DNA of 64,000 nucleotides from Gemmatimonadales bacterium (GTDB lineage Bacteria; Gemmatimonadota; Gemmatimonadetes; Gemmatimonadales; GWC2-71-9): NCBI GenBank assembly GCA_038250675.1, contig JBBSCB010000002.1, positions 2,658 to 66,657 of the forward strand, read 5' to 3'. Shown piece by piece: positions 11,188 to 20,546 of this stretch (position 1 is its first letter; each line of letters starts with the position of its first letter). The notes under the pieces were generated by a model. It saw only the letters and a program-made list of their open reading frames with translations, ran no database searches and was not told where the DNA came from. The position numbers and the translations under genes were made by a program.

Positions 11188-11918
11188 GCCGCAGCGCCTC
11201 CGCGCCCGGGACGTGCGGCGCGATCGAGAAACCAGACGAGCCGCCCGGTGGGGTGCACGCGACCGGCGGGCACACCCGGATCGCCCCGTAGCGCCGCGGC
11301 CACCGCAACCCGCTTGTCGGCGCCCGCCGCGAGCATGAACACGGTCCGCGCCCGGCCGATCACCGGATAGGTGACAGTCACCCGTTCGCGGACCGCGAGC
11401 TCGGCGCCACCGGTGACGGCCAGCGCCCAGTGCGTCTGCTCGTCCAGCGCCGGCGCCCCCGGAAACAGCGACGCCGTGTGCCCATCGGCGCCAACGCCGA
11501 GGAGCATGAGATCGAACCGCCCCCCGGTGAGACGATCGCGGAGCAGCGCGTCGTATGCGGCGGCGGCGGCGGCGGGCTCACGCGCACATCGGACGGGATG
11601 CACCATCCCCGATGCGACCCGCAAGCCGCTCAGCAGCGTGTCGCGGGCCATCCGGTAATTGCTCTGCGAGTGGTCCGGCGGAACGCACCGCTCGTCGCCC
11701 CAGAACCACTCGACCATGGGCCACGGCGCGTCCCGCCGGTGGTCGGAGGCCAGCAGCTCGTACATGCCGCGCGGCGTCGACCCGCCGGCGAGCGCGATGG
11801 TGCAGCGCCCCTGCGCCGCGACGACGGCACGGACGAGCGCGGCCGCGGCGGCCGCCGCGGTTCGGCTGAGCGCCGCGAGGTCCGTATCGACGACGATTTC
11901 GGTCAGGGGTTCCGCCAC
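11184..11918 (-). CDS. pgl: 6-phosphogluconolactonase
   Basis: IALAGGSTPRGMYELL...WFWGDERCVPPDHSQSNY...LMLLGVGADGHTASLFPG. GTG start at 11918, overlapping the zwf 3' end by 16 nt. The longer track ORF N-terminus is Arg/Gly junk. Confidence 0.85.
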   Translation of the reverse strand: MAEPLTEIVVDTDLAALSRTAAAAAAALVRAVVAAQGRCTIALAGGSTPRGMYELLASDHRRDAPWPMVEWFWGDERCVPPDHSQSNYRMARDTLLSGLRVASGMVHPVRCAREPAAAAAAYDALLRDRLTGGRFDLMLLGVGADGHTASLFPGAPALDEQTHWALAVTGGAELAVRERVTVTYPVIGRARTVFMLAAGADKRVAVAAALRGDPGVPAGRVHPTGRLVWFLDRAARPGRGGAAA

Positions 11919-13354
11919 CGCACCGGTCCCTTGAGAAGTGCGTCCGCCTGGGGCGGGCCCCAGGTGCCGGCCGCGTACGGAAAGAGCTGATGCGCGGACT
12001 CGAGCACCGGCGTGTACAGCCGCCACGAGGCTTCTACCTCGTCCGCGTGAACAAAGAGCGTCTGGTCGCCCTCGATGATGTCCAGGATGAGCGTCTGATA
12101 GGCCTCGGGAATGTCGCCAAACGCCTCGCGATACTCGAAGTGCAACGGCTCGGTGGCCAGGCGGAACGGCGTCCCCGGCGCCTTGACGTCGAACGTGAGG
12201 AAGAAGCCTTCGTCCGGTTGCACCCGGAGCACCAGCGTGTTGGAGCTGAGGCGGCACGAGTCGAACGACTCGAAGAGACTCACCGGGGGCTGCCGCAGGT
12301 TGAGGACGATCTCGGTCAGCCGGCGGGGCATCCGCTTGCCGGTGCGGACGTAGAAGGGCACGCCCTGCCAGCGCCAGGTGTCAACCTCCAGGCGCAGCGC
12401 CACGAAGGTCTCGGTGTGCGAGTCCGCGGCGACGCCCGGCTCCCCGTGATACCCGGACACCGGTTTGCCGTCGACCTCGCCCGGCCCGTACTGGCCCATG
12501 ACAATCTCCGCAGGATCGATCGTGCCGATGGCGCGCACCGCCTTGACCTTCTCGAAGCGGATGGCATCGGCCTCCATCTGCCCCGGCACCTCCATCGCCA
12601 CCAGACTCACGAGCTGCGTCAGGTGGCTCTGGATCATGTCCCGGAGCGCACCGGCCTGCTCGTAGTACCCCGCCCGGCTCTCGATGCCGAGTTCCTCGGC
12701 CACGGTGATCTGCACACTCTCGACGTGATCGCGATTCCAGATCGATTCGAAGAAGGCATTGGCAAACCGGAACACCATGAGGTTCTGGACCGTCTCCTTG
12801 CCCAGGTAGTGATCGATCCGGTACACCTGTGACTCGTCAAAGCACTCGTGCACCACGACATTGAGCTGTCGCGCCGACGCGAGGTCGCGACCGAACGGCT
12901 TCTCGACGACGAGCCGGGTCCATCCTGCGCTCTTGGAGAGTCCCGCCGCGGCCAGCCCGGCGATGGTGTCGGCAAAGGCCTGTGGCGGCAGCGCGATGTA
13001 GAACACGCGGTTGCCCTTGATGGCGTGCTTCTGCTCGAGCGCGGTGATCCGCGCCGCGAGCGCGGCAAAGTCCTGCGGCGAGCCGCCGTTGATCGCCTGG
13101 TAATACAGGGTGCCTTCCGCCCAGTGCCCGGCGGCGGCGGCCGGGAGCCCGGCGTCGGTCACCGCCTGGAGGGCCGTGGCGCGGTAGCTGGCGTCATCGA
13201 TGTCCGCCGAGCGGGTGACGCCGAGGACGATGCAGTCGGGCGCGTCCTGATCCGCAAACAGCTTGAACAGCGCGGGCAGAATCTTGCGCCGGGCCAGGTC
13301 GCCGGTGGCCCCGAACACCACGAACACGCACGGCTCGGCCGGATGACGGGGCAT
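11903..13354 (-). CDS. zwf: Glucose-6-phosphate 1-dehydrogenase
   Basis: VVFGATGDLARRKILPALF, RIDHYLGKE (active-site peptide), RWQGVPFYVRTGKRM. Confidence 0.95.
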   Translation of the reverse strand: MPRHPAEPCVFVVFGATGDLARRKILPALFKLFADQDAPDCIVLGVTRSADIDDASYRATALQAVTDAGLPAAAAGHWAEGTLYYQAINGGSPQDFAALAARITALEQKHAIKGNRVFYIALPPQAFADTIAGLAAAGLSKSAGWTRLVVEKPFGRDLASARQLNVVVHECFDESQVYRIDHYLGKETVQNLMVFRFANAFFESIWNRDHVESVQITVAEELGIESRAGYYEQAGALRDMIQSHLTQLVSLVAMEVPGQMEADAIRFEKVKAVRAIGTIDPAEIVMGQYGPGEVDGKPVSGYHGEPGVAADSHTETFVALRLEVDTWRWQGVPFYVRTGKRMPRRLTEIVLNLRQPPVSLFESFDSCRLSSNTLVLRVQPDEGFFLTFDVKAPGTPFRLATEPLHFEYREAFGDIPEAYQTLILDIIEGDQTLFVHADEVEASWRLYTPVLESAHQLFPYAAGTWGPPQADALLKGPVRWRNP

Positions 13355-14262
13355 CAGCCTTCCTTCCTGATGGCGTGACCGCCAAACTGGTTCCGCATGG
13401 CCGCGAGCAGCTTGTCGGCATACGACTCACGTGCGCGTGACTTGAGGCGCGCAATGAGCGACAGCGTGATCACTGGCGCCGGCACGTCGAGGTCGATCGC
13501 CTCGGCCACCGTCCAGCGCCCTTCGCCGGAATCGGCGACGTACGGGGCGATTCCCTCCAGCGACGGGTTCTCCTTCAGCGCGGCCGCCGTGAGGTCGAGC
13601 AGCCAGGAGCGGACTACGCTGCCGTAGCGCCAGATCTCGGCGACCTGCGCCACGTCCACGCCAAACGCCTCCTTGGCGCGGAGGATATCGAAGCCCTCGG
13701 CGTACGCCTGCATGAGGCCGTACTCGATGCCGTTGTGCACCATCTTCACGAAGTGTCCGGCGCCGGTGGGACCCACCCGGCCCCAGCCGCGGTCCTGGCC
13801 CGGCGCCAGCGTCGCGAAGATGGGGCGCAGCCGTTCCACCGCGGCCGCGTCGCCGCCCACCATGAGGCTGTACCCCTCCTTCAGACCCCAGACGCCGCCG
13901 CTGGTGCCGGCATCGACGAAGTGGATCTGTCGCGCCGCCAGCAACTCGCCGCGGCGCATCGAGTCCTTGTAGTTGCTGTTGCCACCGTCGATCACGGTGT
14001 CGCCCGGCGAGAGCGCCTCACCGAGCGCATGTACCGTGGATTCGGTCGGGTCGCCGGCCGGCACCATCACCCAGACGGCGCGCGGCACCGTCAGCTTGGT
14101 CACCAGCGCCGCAAGCGACGCGGCGCCGGTGGCGCCGCCCTTCACCACGGCGGCGACGGCCCCGGCACTCCGGTCGTAGGCGACCACCTCGTGCCCACCG
14201 GCCATCAGCCGGGTGGACATGTTGGCGCCCATCCGCCCCAGTCCGATCATTCCGATCTGCAT
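13354..14262 (-). CDS. gnd: 6-phosphogluconate dehydrogenase, decarboxylating (short ~300-aa form)
   Basis: MQIGMIGLGRMGANM Rossmann N-terminus, DGGNS, GAGHFVKMVHNGIEYGLMQAYAEG. An alternative GTG start at 14286 adds 8 aa. Confidence 0.85.
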   Translation of the reverse strand: MQIGMIGLGRMGANMSTRLMAGGHEVVAYDRSAGAVAAVVKGGATGAASLAALVTKLTVPRAVWVMVPAGDPTESTVHALGEALSPGDTVIDGGNSNYKDSMRRGELLAARQIHFVDAGTSGGVWGLKEGYSLMVGGDAAAVERLRPIFATLAPGQDRGWGRVGPTGAGHFVKMVHNGIEYGLMQAYAEGFDILRAKEAFGVDVAQVAEIWRYGSVVRSWLLDLTAAALKENPSLEGIAPYVADSGEGRWTVAEAIDLDVPAPVITLSLIARLKSRARESYADKLLAAMRNQFGGHAIRKEG

Positions 14263-14292
14263 GTGCAACGGTCCTTTCAGAGACACATAAGT

Positions 14293-15024
14293 TCAAGCGG
14301 CGGCCACACGCTCCGCAAAGACGGCGGCAAGGCGCCCGGGGTCGTCCACGATCCAGCAATCGTCCACCAGCCCGGCGCGGCGCACGGCAGCCGCGGTGAG
14401 CCATGTGGGCACGGCGATGCACGCCACACCGGCCGTCACCGCCGCCTGCACACCGGCGACCGAGTCCTCCAGCGCGATGCACTCGCCGGGTGCGACGCCG
14501 AGCCGCGCACAGGCCGCGAGATACATGTCCGGCGCCGGCTTGCCCGCGGACACGTCGTCGGGCGTGATGATGACCTCGAACGCCGCGGTGAGATCGAGCG
14601 CCGCAAGAATGCGCGTCGCGTGGGCGCAGTCCGACATCGTGGTCAGGCCGACGCGGTAGCCCTCGACCCGCACCTGCTGCAGCAGCGCGATCGCGGCGGG
14701 GAGCCGCTGGGCCCTGAGGAGGTCGCCATCCGCCAGCATCGCGTCGTAGCGCCGCAGGCGCAGCGCCACGAATGCCTCCCACGCCGTGCCGACACCCAGT
14801 CCTTCCGCACGCGCCCGGGCCGCGGCGGCCAGCCCAAACCGGGCGACGAGCCCCTCCGCCACCTCCTGGCGTGAACGCCCGGCCAGCTGGTCGAAGGCGT
14901 CGACCACCGCCGACTCGGCCACGCCCGGGTCGAGCTCCGCCGCGGCGGCGGCATAGGACCGGGCCTTGAGCTCCTCGGTCTGGACCAGCGTCCCGTCCAG
15001 GTCGAAGAGGACCGCCCGGATCAC
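14293..15024 (-). CDS. HAD-superfamily hydrolase (beta-phosphoglucomutase/phosphatase-like)
   Basis: Motif I FDLDGTLV, motif II TTMS, and a C-terminal ...[10 protein letters not shown] acid motif. 4-nt overlap with rpiB. Confidence 0.7.
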   Translation of the reverse strand: MIRAVLFDLDGTLVQTEELKARSYAAAAAELDPGVAESAVVDAFDQLAGRSRQEVAEGLVARFGLAAAARARAEGLGVGTAWEAFVALRLRRYDAMLADGDLLRAQRLPAAIALLQQVRVEGYRVGLTTMSDCAHATRILAALDLTAAFEVIITPDDVSAGKPAPDMYLAACARLGVAPGECIALEDSVAGVQAAVTAGVACIAVPTWLTAAAVRRAGLVDDCWIVDDPGRLAAVFAERVAAA

Positions 15025-15482
15025 GCCGGCGTCCGGCTGAACCGCTCCTCGATCCGCTGCACCTTGGCCAGCCGCCGGACGTGGCGCTCCCCGCCGGTGA
15101 ACCGTGCGCCGATGAACGCCGTGGCGAGCTCGGCGGCCAGGGAGTCGCCGATCACCCGACCGCCGAGCACGAGCACGTTCATGTCGTCGTGCTCAACACC
15201 CTGGTGCGCGGAGTATGTGTCGTGGCAGATGCCGGCGCGGATGCCGGGAACCTTGTTGGCGGCGACCCCGGCGCCGACGCCGCTGCCGCAGATCAGGATG
15301 CCGCGCTCCGCTTCGCTGCCCGTGACGGCCTGGGCAAGCGCGAGCGCGTAGTCCGGATAGTCGACCGGATCGGTCGAATGGGTGCCGAGGTCGAGCAGAT
15401 CGTGCCCGAGGGCACGCAGGTGGATCAGTAGCGATTGTTTGAGGGCAAAACCCGCATGGTCTGCGGCCAGCGCGATGCGCAT
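15021..15482 (-). CDS. rpiB: Ribose-5-phosphate isomerase B
   Basis: [15 protein letters not shown]..., [41 protein letters not shown]. Confidence 0.9.
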   Translation of the reverse strand: MRIALAADHAGFALKQSLLIHLRALGHDLLDLGTHSTDPVDYPDYALALAQAVTGSEAERGILICGSGVGAGVAANKVPGIRAGICHDTYSAHQGVEHDDMNVLVLGGRVIGDSLAAELATAFIGARFTGGERHVRRLAKVQRIEERFSRTPA

Positions 15483-15506
15483 CCCCGGCTCCGGTCAAGA
15501 CTCCGG

Positions 15507-15512
15507 ATTATA
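15507..15512 (-). promoter_or_regulatory. Candidate -10 hexamer (TATAAT on minus strand) upstream of rpiB operon
   Basis: A perfect TATAAT lies about 25 nt upstream of the rpiB ATG, in an otherwise GC-rich 62-nt intergenic region. No convincing -35 element. Confidence 0.3.
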
Positions 15513-15543
15513 GCCGGTCCCGGCCGCAGGCGGGGGGAATGCG

Positions 15544-18500
15544 CTAGCGCGGGGCGTCGAGCTGGTCGAGGTAACCGCGGATGAGGCCGGGCGCGCCGGA
15601 ATCGAGCACACCCATGTGCGTGGCGCGCACTCGGTCGATCGTCACCCGCGCAACGTCTCCCCAGCCCTGTCGCGGTGCGGGACGCGTGGCGTCGTCCGCG
15701 ACCGCCTGGATGAGCCGGATCTCGCCGTCGTAACGCCGCGGCACGAATGAGAGCGACGCGCCCGCACCGGCCTCGACGGCCGCGGACACTGCGTCTACCG
15801 GCCGCGGCGTCACACCGTCCTGCCCCGACGCCCCGCGGCCCGCGCCCCGCCTCAGCGTCCGGCGAACTACGCGCAGCACGGTCGCCGCACGGTCCGCCGC
15901 CGGACGCTGCCACCACGCGCGCCAGCGCCACGCGTGCAATGCGAGCCGCCGGGCCGTGCGGGCGCGGGCCCCGGGCCCGGCTCCGGCGCGAGCGACAAGC
16001 CGGCTCACCAGCGGGACCAGTCGTCGCCAGCGGCGAATGATTCCATTCAGCCCGCTGCTCTCCACCAGCACCACCAGCTGAACCGTTTCGCCCTGCTCAC
16101 GCAGCCGGCGGGCGACTTCGAAGGCCGCGAGCCCGCCATCGCAATAGCCGCCGATGCGATAGGGGCCACCGACGGTTTTCCGGATCCAGTCGGCGTCGGC
16201 GGCGGCCACGCCCTCGATCGTATCGAGCGCATCATCCTGTGCGGGTCCCACCAGGTAGATCGGCTGCTCGGGTCCGAGCTGGCGCACGATCTCGCGGCAA
16301 TAGAGACCACCGCCAAGCGCATCCGGATGGAAGAAGATGAAGGGCACCCTGCCGCCGGCTGGGTTGACCTTGACCACGCGCACCACCGGCTCATGCTCGG
16401 CTGCGTCGGGCAAATGCGCGGCGATACGTGCGATCGTCGGGCCTTCGAACAGCGTGCTGAGCGCGATCGAGCGGCCGAACGCGCGCCGGATCTCCGCCAC
16501 CATGCGCATGGCCAGCAGCGAATGCCCTCCCAGCGCGAAGAAATCGTCTTCGACGCCGATGGGCCAGACGTTGAGCAGCCGGTCCCAGATTTCGACCAGC
16601 ACATGTTCGGCTCGCGTGCGCGGCCGGACGATCTCCTCCTCGCGGCGCGCGAGGGCCGGCGGCGGCAGCGCGGCCCGGTCGATCTTGTCGCTGGACGTGC
16701 GCGGGAGCGCCGGCAAGGGCACCAGCGTCGACGGGATCATGAAGCCGGGCAGCCGACGCCGGAGATGCTCCACCAGCTCGGCCAGCGCACTGGACGCGTC
16801 GTCGTGGCCTCCGTGGAATACCACGTACGCGACGAGTCGCTGATCACCGGTGCCACTCTCCCGGGCTTCGACCGCGCATTCGCGCACGGCGTGCGATTCG
16901 AGCAGCGCCGATTCGACCTCCCCGATCTCGACGCGAAACCCGCGAACCTTCACCTGGCGGTCGAGACGGCCGAGGTACTCGAGGTTCCCGTCGCCGCGCC
17001 AGCGGACAACGTCTCCGGTGCGGTAGAGCCGCTGGCCATGCGCAAACGGATTCGGCACGAAGCGCTCGGCCGTCAGGTCCGGCCGCCCCAGATACCCGTC
17101 GGCGAGCTGCGCGCCGCCCACATAGAGCTCCCCCGGCACTCCGCGCGGCGCGAGGTTTCCCCAGCGGTCGAAGACGTATACGCGGGTGTTGGGGAGCGGT
17201 CGGCCGATCGCCACGACACCGACCGCATCGTCGTAGCCGGGAGGCAGCAGATAGCGGGTCACGACGACCGTCGTCTCGGTCGGCCCATAGCCGTTGAAGA
17301 GGCCGGTGTGGGGCGCGACCTTCCGCCACAGCGCGGCGCGCTCGGGCAGCATGCGCTCGCCGCCGACGCACATCAGCCGAAGCGCTGGCGGTATCGCCTT
17401 CCCTGCCTCCGCCAGGGCGCCGACGATCTCGTGCCACAGCGCGGTGGGCGGCACCGCGACCGTGACCCCCCAGTCCGCGCAGCGTGACATGAAGCCGTCG
17501 ACCGACTCGGCGGCGACTGCATCGCGGAGCACCAGCGCCGCACCGGCCGCGAGCGTCGGGAATATCTCGGCCACCGACGCGTCGAAGTTCGGCGTCGCGA
17601 ACTGCAGCACGCGGTCACTGGGCGAGAGCTCGTAGTTGCCCAACGTCCCGAACGTAAAGGCGACCAGCGCCCGGTGCCCGATGACGACACCCTTGGGTGT
17701 TCCGGTGGACCCGGACGTGTAGATCACATACGCCGCGTCCTCCGGCGTCGCCGGCCCCGGCGACCACCCGGCCGCCGGCCCTGCCGGGAGCTCGTCGAGC
17801 GCCACCATCGGGACGCTGGTGACCGCGGCGAAGCGCTCCCGGCCCGCGCGCGTGACCACGATGCAGCCGAGCGAGGCGTCGGTCACCATGAAGGCGAGCC
17901 GGTCATCCGGGAAGTCGGGATCGAGCGGCACGTACGCCGCTCCCGCCGTCATGATCCCGACCATGCCGGCGATAAGATCGGGAGAACGCGGCACCGCGAG
18001 CCCGACCCGACTGCCACGCCCGATTCCCTGATTCCGTAGTGCCTCTGCCACCACCTCGGCGCGCGAGAGCAGGTCGGCGTAGGTGAGCTCGCGGCCCTCG
18101 CCCGTGACCGCGATTGAGTCCGGCGCTGTCGCGGCGCGGTCCGCGATCAGATGATGAATGCATGCCTGCCCGGGCAGCGGCGCAGTCATTCCGGCCAGTG
18201 GGCCCAGCAGCTCGTCCCGTTCCGGAGCAGCCAAAAGCGGCAGCCGCATGGCCGCGCTGTCCGGCTCGTCCACCGCGGCGCGGAGGAGCCGCTCGAGATG
18301 GCTCAGTAGCCGGGCAACCGCCTCGCGATCGAAGAGCGACGCGGCGTAGACCAACGTGCATTCGAGCCAGGCAGCCGTCTCGGTGATCTCGAAGTCGAGA
18401 TCCACCATTGTCGCTTCGCCGCGATAGTCGAGGCGGGTGACGGCGGCCTCGCCAAGCGCGGGCGCCACGGGCGGAAGGTTCCGGAAATTCAGGAGCACCT

Positions 18501-19653
18501 GCACCAGCGGAGCCGCCTGTCGGTCGCGGGCCGGCTGGACCGCTTCGACCAGCTGCTCGAAAGGGAGCGACTGGTGCGCCAGGCCCTCGGCCACCGCCTT
18601 CCGAACCCGCCGCACCAACTCGCGAAAGCTGGGCGAGCCGGCCAGATCACAGCGCAGCGCCAGCGTGTTGATGAAGCAGCCGAGGCAGCGCTCGATCTCG
18701 CGCCGCTCGCGGCCGGCCACGGGAATACCGATCAGGAAATCCTGCTGGCCGGTGTAACGCGCCAGCAGCACCTGGAGCCCGGCCGCCAGCGTCATGAACA
18801 GCGTCGCGCCCTCGGTTCGACCCACCTCCCGAAGCCTGGCCGTGAGCGCCGGATCCAGCGTAGCGGTTACCCGTCCGGCCGCAGGTGACTGATCAATCGT
18901 GCGAGGAAAAGCCGTTGGTAGCGCGAGCATCGTGTCCGCGCCCCCGATGGCCGTCGTCCAGTGGGCCAGCTCGCGCGCCAGCGTTGCGTCCTGCATCCGC
19001 TCCCGCTGCCAGTGCGCGTAGTCGCCATACTGCACCGCGGGCGGCTCGAGGAGCAGTGCCTGACCGGCGGCCTCGGCGCGATACGCCTGGTCGAGCTCGC
19101 CGAGAAAGACGCCGACGGACCATCCGTCGCACGCGATGTGGTGAAAGACCACCAGGAACAGATGCAATTCCGGGGCAACGCCAAAGAGCCGCGCGCGTAT
19201 CGGCGGCTCGGTGGCCAGGTCGAACGGGCGGCGGCCCTCCTCGTGCATGCGCCGCTCGGCCCGGAGCCAGCCGTTCGCCCCGTCCCCGACCGCTTCGGAG
19301 ACGAATTCCACGCGCGGCTCCGGGCTGACATGCTGCGACGGGATCCCGTCGGCGCCGGCGGTGAACGTGGTACGGAGAATTTCGTGGCGCGCGATGATGA
19401 CGCGGAGCGCCCGCTCCAGCGCGAATGGATCGAGCGCGCCATCGACTCGCAGCGCAACGGGACTGTGGTAGGCGGTGGATTCCGGCTCGAGTTGCTCGTA
19501 GAGCCAGATGCGTTGCTGGACGAACGAGAGCGGTGCGGTGGCTCGGTCCGGACGGGGCGGGATCGCGTCATGGCGCCGGTTCGCGGCGCGCTCACTGAGC
19601 AGCGCCCGGGCCGCGTCGGAGAGCCCGGCCGGAGCGCTCGCGCTGGCGGTCAC
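15544..19653 (-). CDS. Single-module nonribosomal peptide synthetase (C-A-T-TE)
   Basis: C: SFVQQRIWLYEQL, HHIACDGWS. A: LTYADL, YVIYTSGSTGTPKGV, FDASVAEIF, NGYGPTETT, GELYVGGAQLADGY, YRTGDVVRW, GRLDRQVKVRGFRVEIGEVE, PRTSSDKIDR. T: DDFFALGGHSLLA. TE: VPFIFFHP...GGYCDGG...ATHMGVL. The GTG start overlaps the upstream stop (GTGA). Confidence 0.95.
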   Translation of the reverse strand: MTASASAPAGLSDAARALLSERAANRRHDAIPPRPDRATAPLSFVQQRIWLYEQLEPESTAYHSPVALRVDGALDPFALERALRVIIARHEILRTTFTAGADGIPSQHVSPEPRVEFVSEAVGDGANGWLRAERRMHEEGRRPFDLATEPPIRARLFGVAPELHLFLVVFHHIACDGWSVGVFLGELDQAYRAEAAGQALLLEPPAVQYGDYAHWQRERMQDATLARELAHWTTAIGGADTMLALPTAFPRTIDQSPAAGRVTATLDPALTARLREVGRTEGATLFMTLAAGLQVLLARYTGQQDFLIGIPVAGRERREIERCLGCFINTLALRCDLAGSPSFRELVRRVRKAVAEGLAHQSLPFEQLVEAVQPARDRQAAPLVQVLLNFRNLPPVAPALGEAAVTRLDYRGEATMVDLDFEITETAAWLECTLVYAASLFDREAVARLLSHLERLLRAAVDEPDSAAMRLPLLAAPERDELLGPLAGMTAPLPGQACIHHLIADRAATAPDSIAVTGEGRELTYADLLSRAEVVAEALRNQGIGRGSRVGLAVPRSPDLIAGMVGIMTAGAAYVPLDPDFPDDRLAFMVTDASLGCIVVTRAGRERFAAVTSVPMVALDELPAGPAAGWSPGPATPEDAAYVIYTSGSTGTPKGVVIGHRALVAFTFGTLGNYELSPSDRVLQFATPNFDASVAEIFPTLAAGAALVLRDAVAAESVDGFMSRCADWGVTVAVPPTALWHEIVGALAEAGKAIPPALRLMCVGGERMLPERAALWRKVAPHTGLFNGYGPTETTVVVTRYLLPPGYDDAVGVVAIGRPLPNTRVYVFDRWGNLAPRGVPGELYVGGAQLADGYLGRPDLTAERFVPNPFAHGQRLYRTGDVVRWRGDGNLEYLGRLDRQVKVRGFRVEIGEVESALLESHAVRECAVEARESGTGDQRLVAYVVFHGGHDDASSALAELVEHLRRRLPGFMIPSTLVPLPALPRTSSDKIDRAALPPPALARREEEIVRPRTRAEHVLVEIWDRLLNVWPIGVEDDFFALGGHSLLAMRMVAEIRRAFGRSIALSTLFEGPTIARIAAHLPDAAEHEPVVRVVKVNPAGGRVPFIFFHPDALGGGLYCREIVRQLGPEQPIYLVGPAQDDALDTIEGVAAADADWIRKTVGGPYRIGGYCDGGLAAFEVARRLREQGETVQLVVLVESSGLNGIIRRWRRLVPLVSRLVARAGAGPGARARTARRLALHAWRWRAWWQRPAADRAATVLRVVRRTLRRGAGRGASGQDGVTPRPVDAVSAAVEAGAGASLSFVPRRYDGEIRLIQAVADDATRPAPRQGWGDVARVTIDRVRATHMGVLDSGAPGLIRGYLDQLDAPR

Positions 19654-20546
19654 GTGGAGGCTGGAACGCGGCCGACGGCGGCGGGACTCGATGGGCCGTC
19701 CCGCCGGTCGAGATTGGCCTGCAGCACCGCCGTGCAGGCGCGGACGCCAACGCCGCCATCAGCCGGACCCTTCAACCGCCCGCCAGACAGGAACAGATCG
19801 CTGAGCGCATCGTCGATTGCACCTTGTGCCGCGAAGAGGCACGGGGTGCTGTAGATGACCAGCGAGACCCCGGCCTGACGAAGCTCCGCCAGATCATACG
19901 ACGGTGACTTGCCGCCCGCGATCTGGTTGAACACGAACGGCCGACCGATCTCTCGGCTCAGCGCTCGCACCAGCTCGAGGTCGCGAAGGCCGTCGATCAG
20001 GACGGCATCGGCACCGGCGTCGGCGTAGGCACGGACCCGCCGCGCCGCGTCGTCGGGGTCGGTGGCGTCGGTACGGGCTACGACGAACAGCTCGCGCCGG
20101 GTCAGGAGCACCTGCTCGAGCTTCTCCACGTAGTCCGGAAGATCCATGAGCTGCTTGCCATCGAAATGACCGCACCGGCGGGGCCGCTTCTGGTCCTCGA
20201 GCACGACGCCCGATGCACCGGCCCGCTCCAGCTCGCTCACGACATGACAGGCGACGGCGGGATCGCCGTACCCATCGTCGATATCCACCAGCAGGTGATG
20301 CAACGGCAGGACCGTGCGCAACCGACGGACGAAATCGAGGATATCGGTCCAGGTGATGAACCCCACGTCCGGCAGCCCGTAGTGACTGGCCGCGAACCCG
20401 AATCCGCTCAGGAAGAGCGCATCCGAGTGGCGCGCGGCACGCGACGCGCTGAACACGTCGTACACGCCTAGAAAGGGAACCGCTGGACCGTGCCGCTCCG
20501 CGTGACTCACGGCGGCGCGGAGGCCCGCACCCGGATTGGCGCTCAC
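19650..20546 (-). CDS. Isocitrate lyase/PEP mutase superfamily enzyme, lyase-type (methylisocitrate lyase / oxaloacetate hydrolase-like)
   Basis: LFLSGFGFAASHYGLPDVG, LLVDIDDGYG, VVLEDQKRPRRCGHFDGKQL (EDQ...K/R-R-CGH lyase signature), VVARTDA. GTGA overlaps on both sides. Confidence 0.85.
   Translation of the reverse strand: MSANPGAGLRAAVSHAERHGPAVPFLGVYDVFSASRAARHSDALFLSGFGFAASHYGLPDVGFITWTDILDFVRRLRTVLPLHHLLVDIDDGYGDPAVACHVVSELERAGASGVVLEDQKRPRRCGHFDGKQLMDLPDYVEKLEQVLLTRRELFVVARTDATDPDDAARRVRAYADAGADAVLIDGLRDLELVRALSREIGRPFVFNQIAGGKSPSYDLAELRQAGVSLVIYSTPCLFAAQGAIDDALSDLFLSGGRLKGPADGGVGVRACTAVLQANLDRRDGPSSPAAVGRVPAST

Noticed and set aside
15483-15543. TTGACC and TATAAT hexamers both present between the NRPS stop and rpiB, considered as a full sigma70 promoter
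   Set aside because: On the minus strand the TATAAT precedes the TTGACC, which is the wrong order. Only the -10 is retained as a weak candidate.
19650-20546. Possibility that the ICL/PEPM-fold gene is a PEP mutase marking a phosphonate (phosphinothricin-tripeptide-like) cluster
   Set aside because: The active-site loop is EDQKRPRRCGH (lyase type) rather than EDK-x5-NS. No phosphonopyruvate decarboxylase or other phosphonate genes are nearby.
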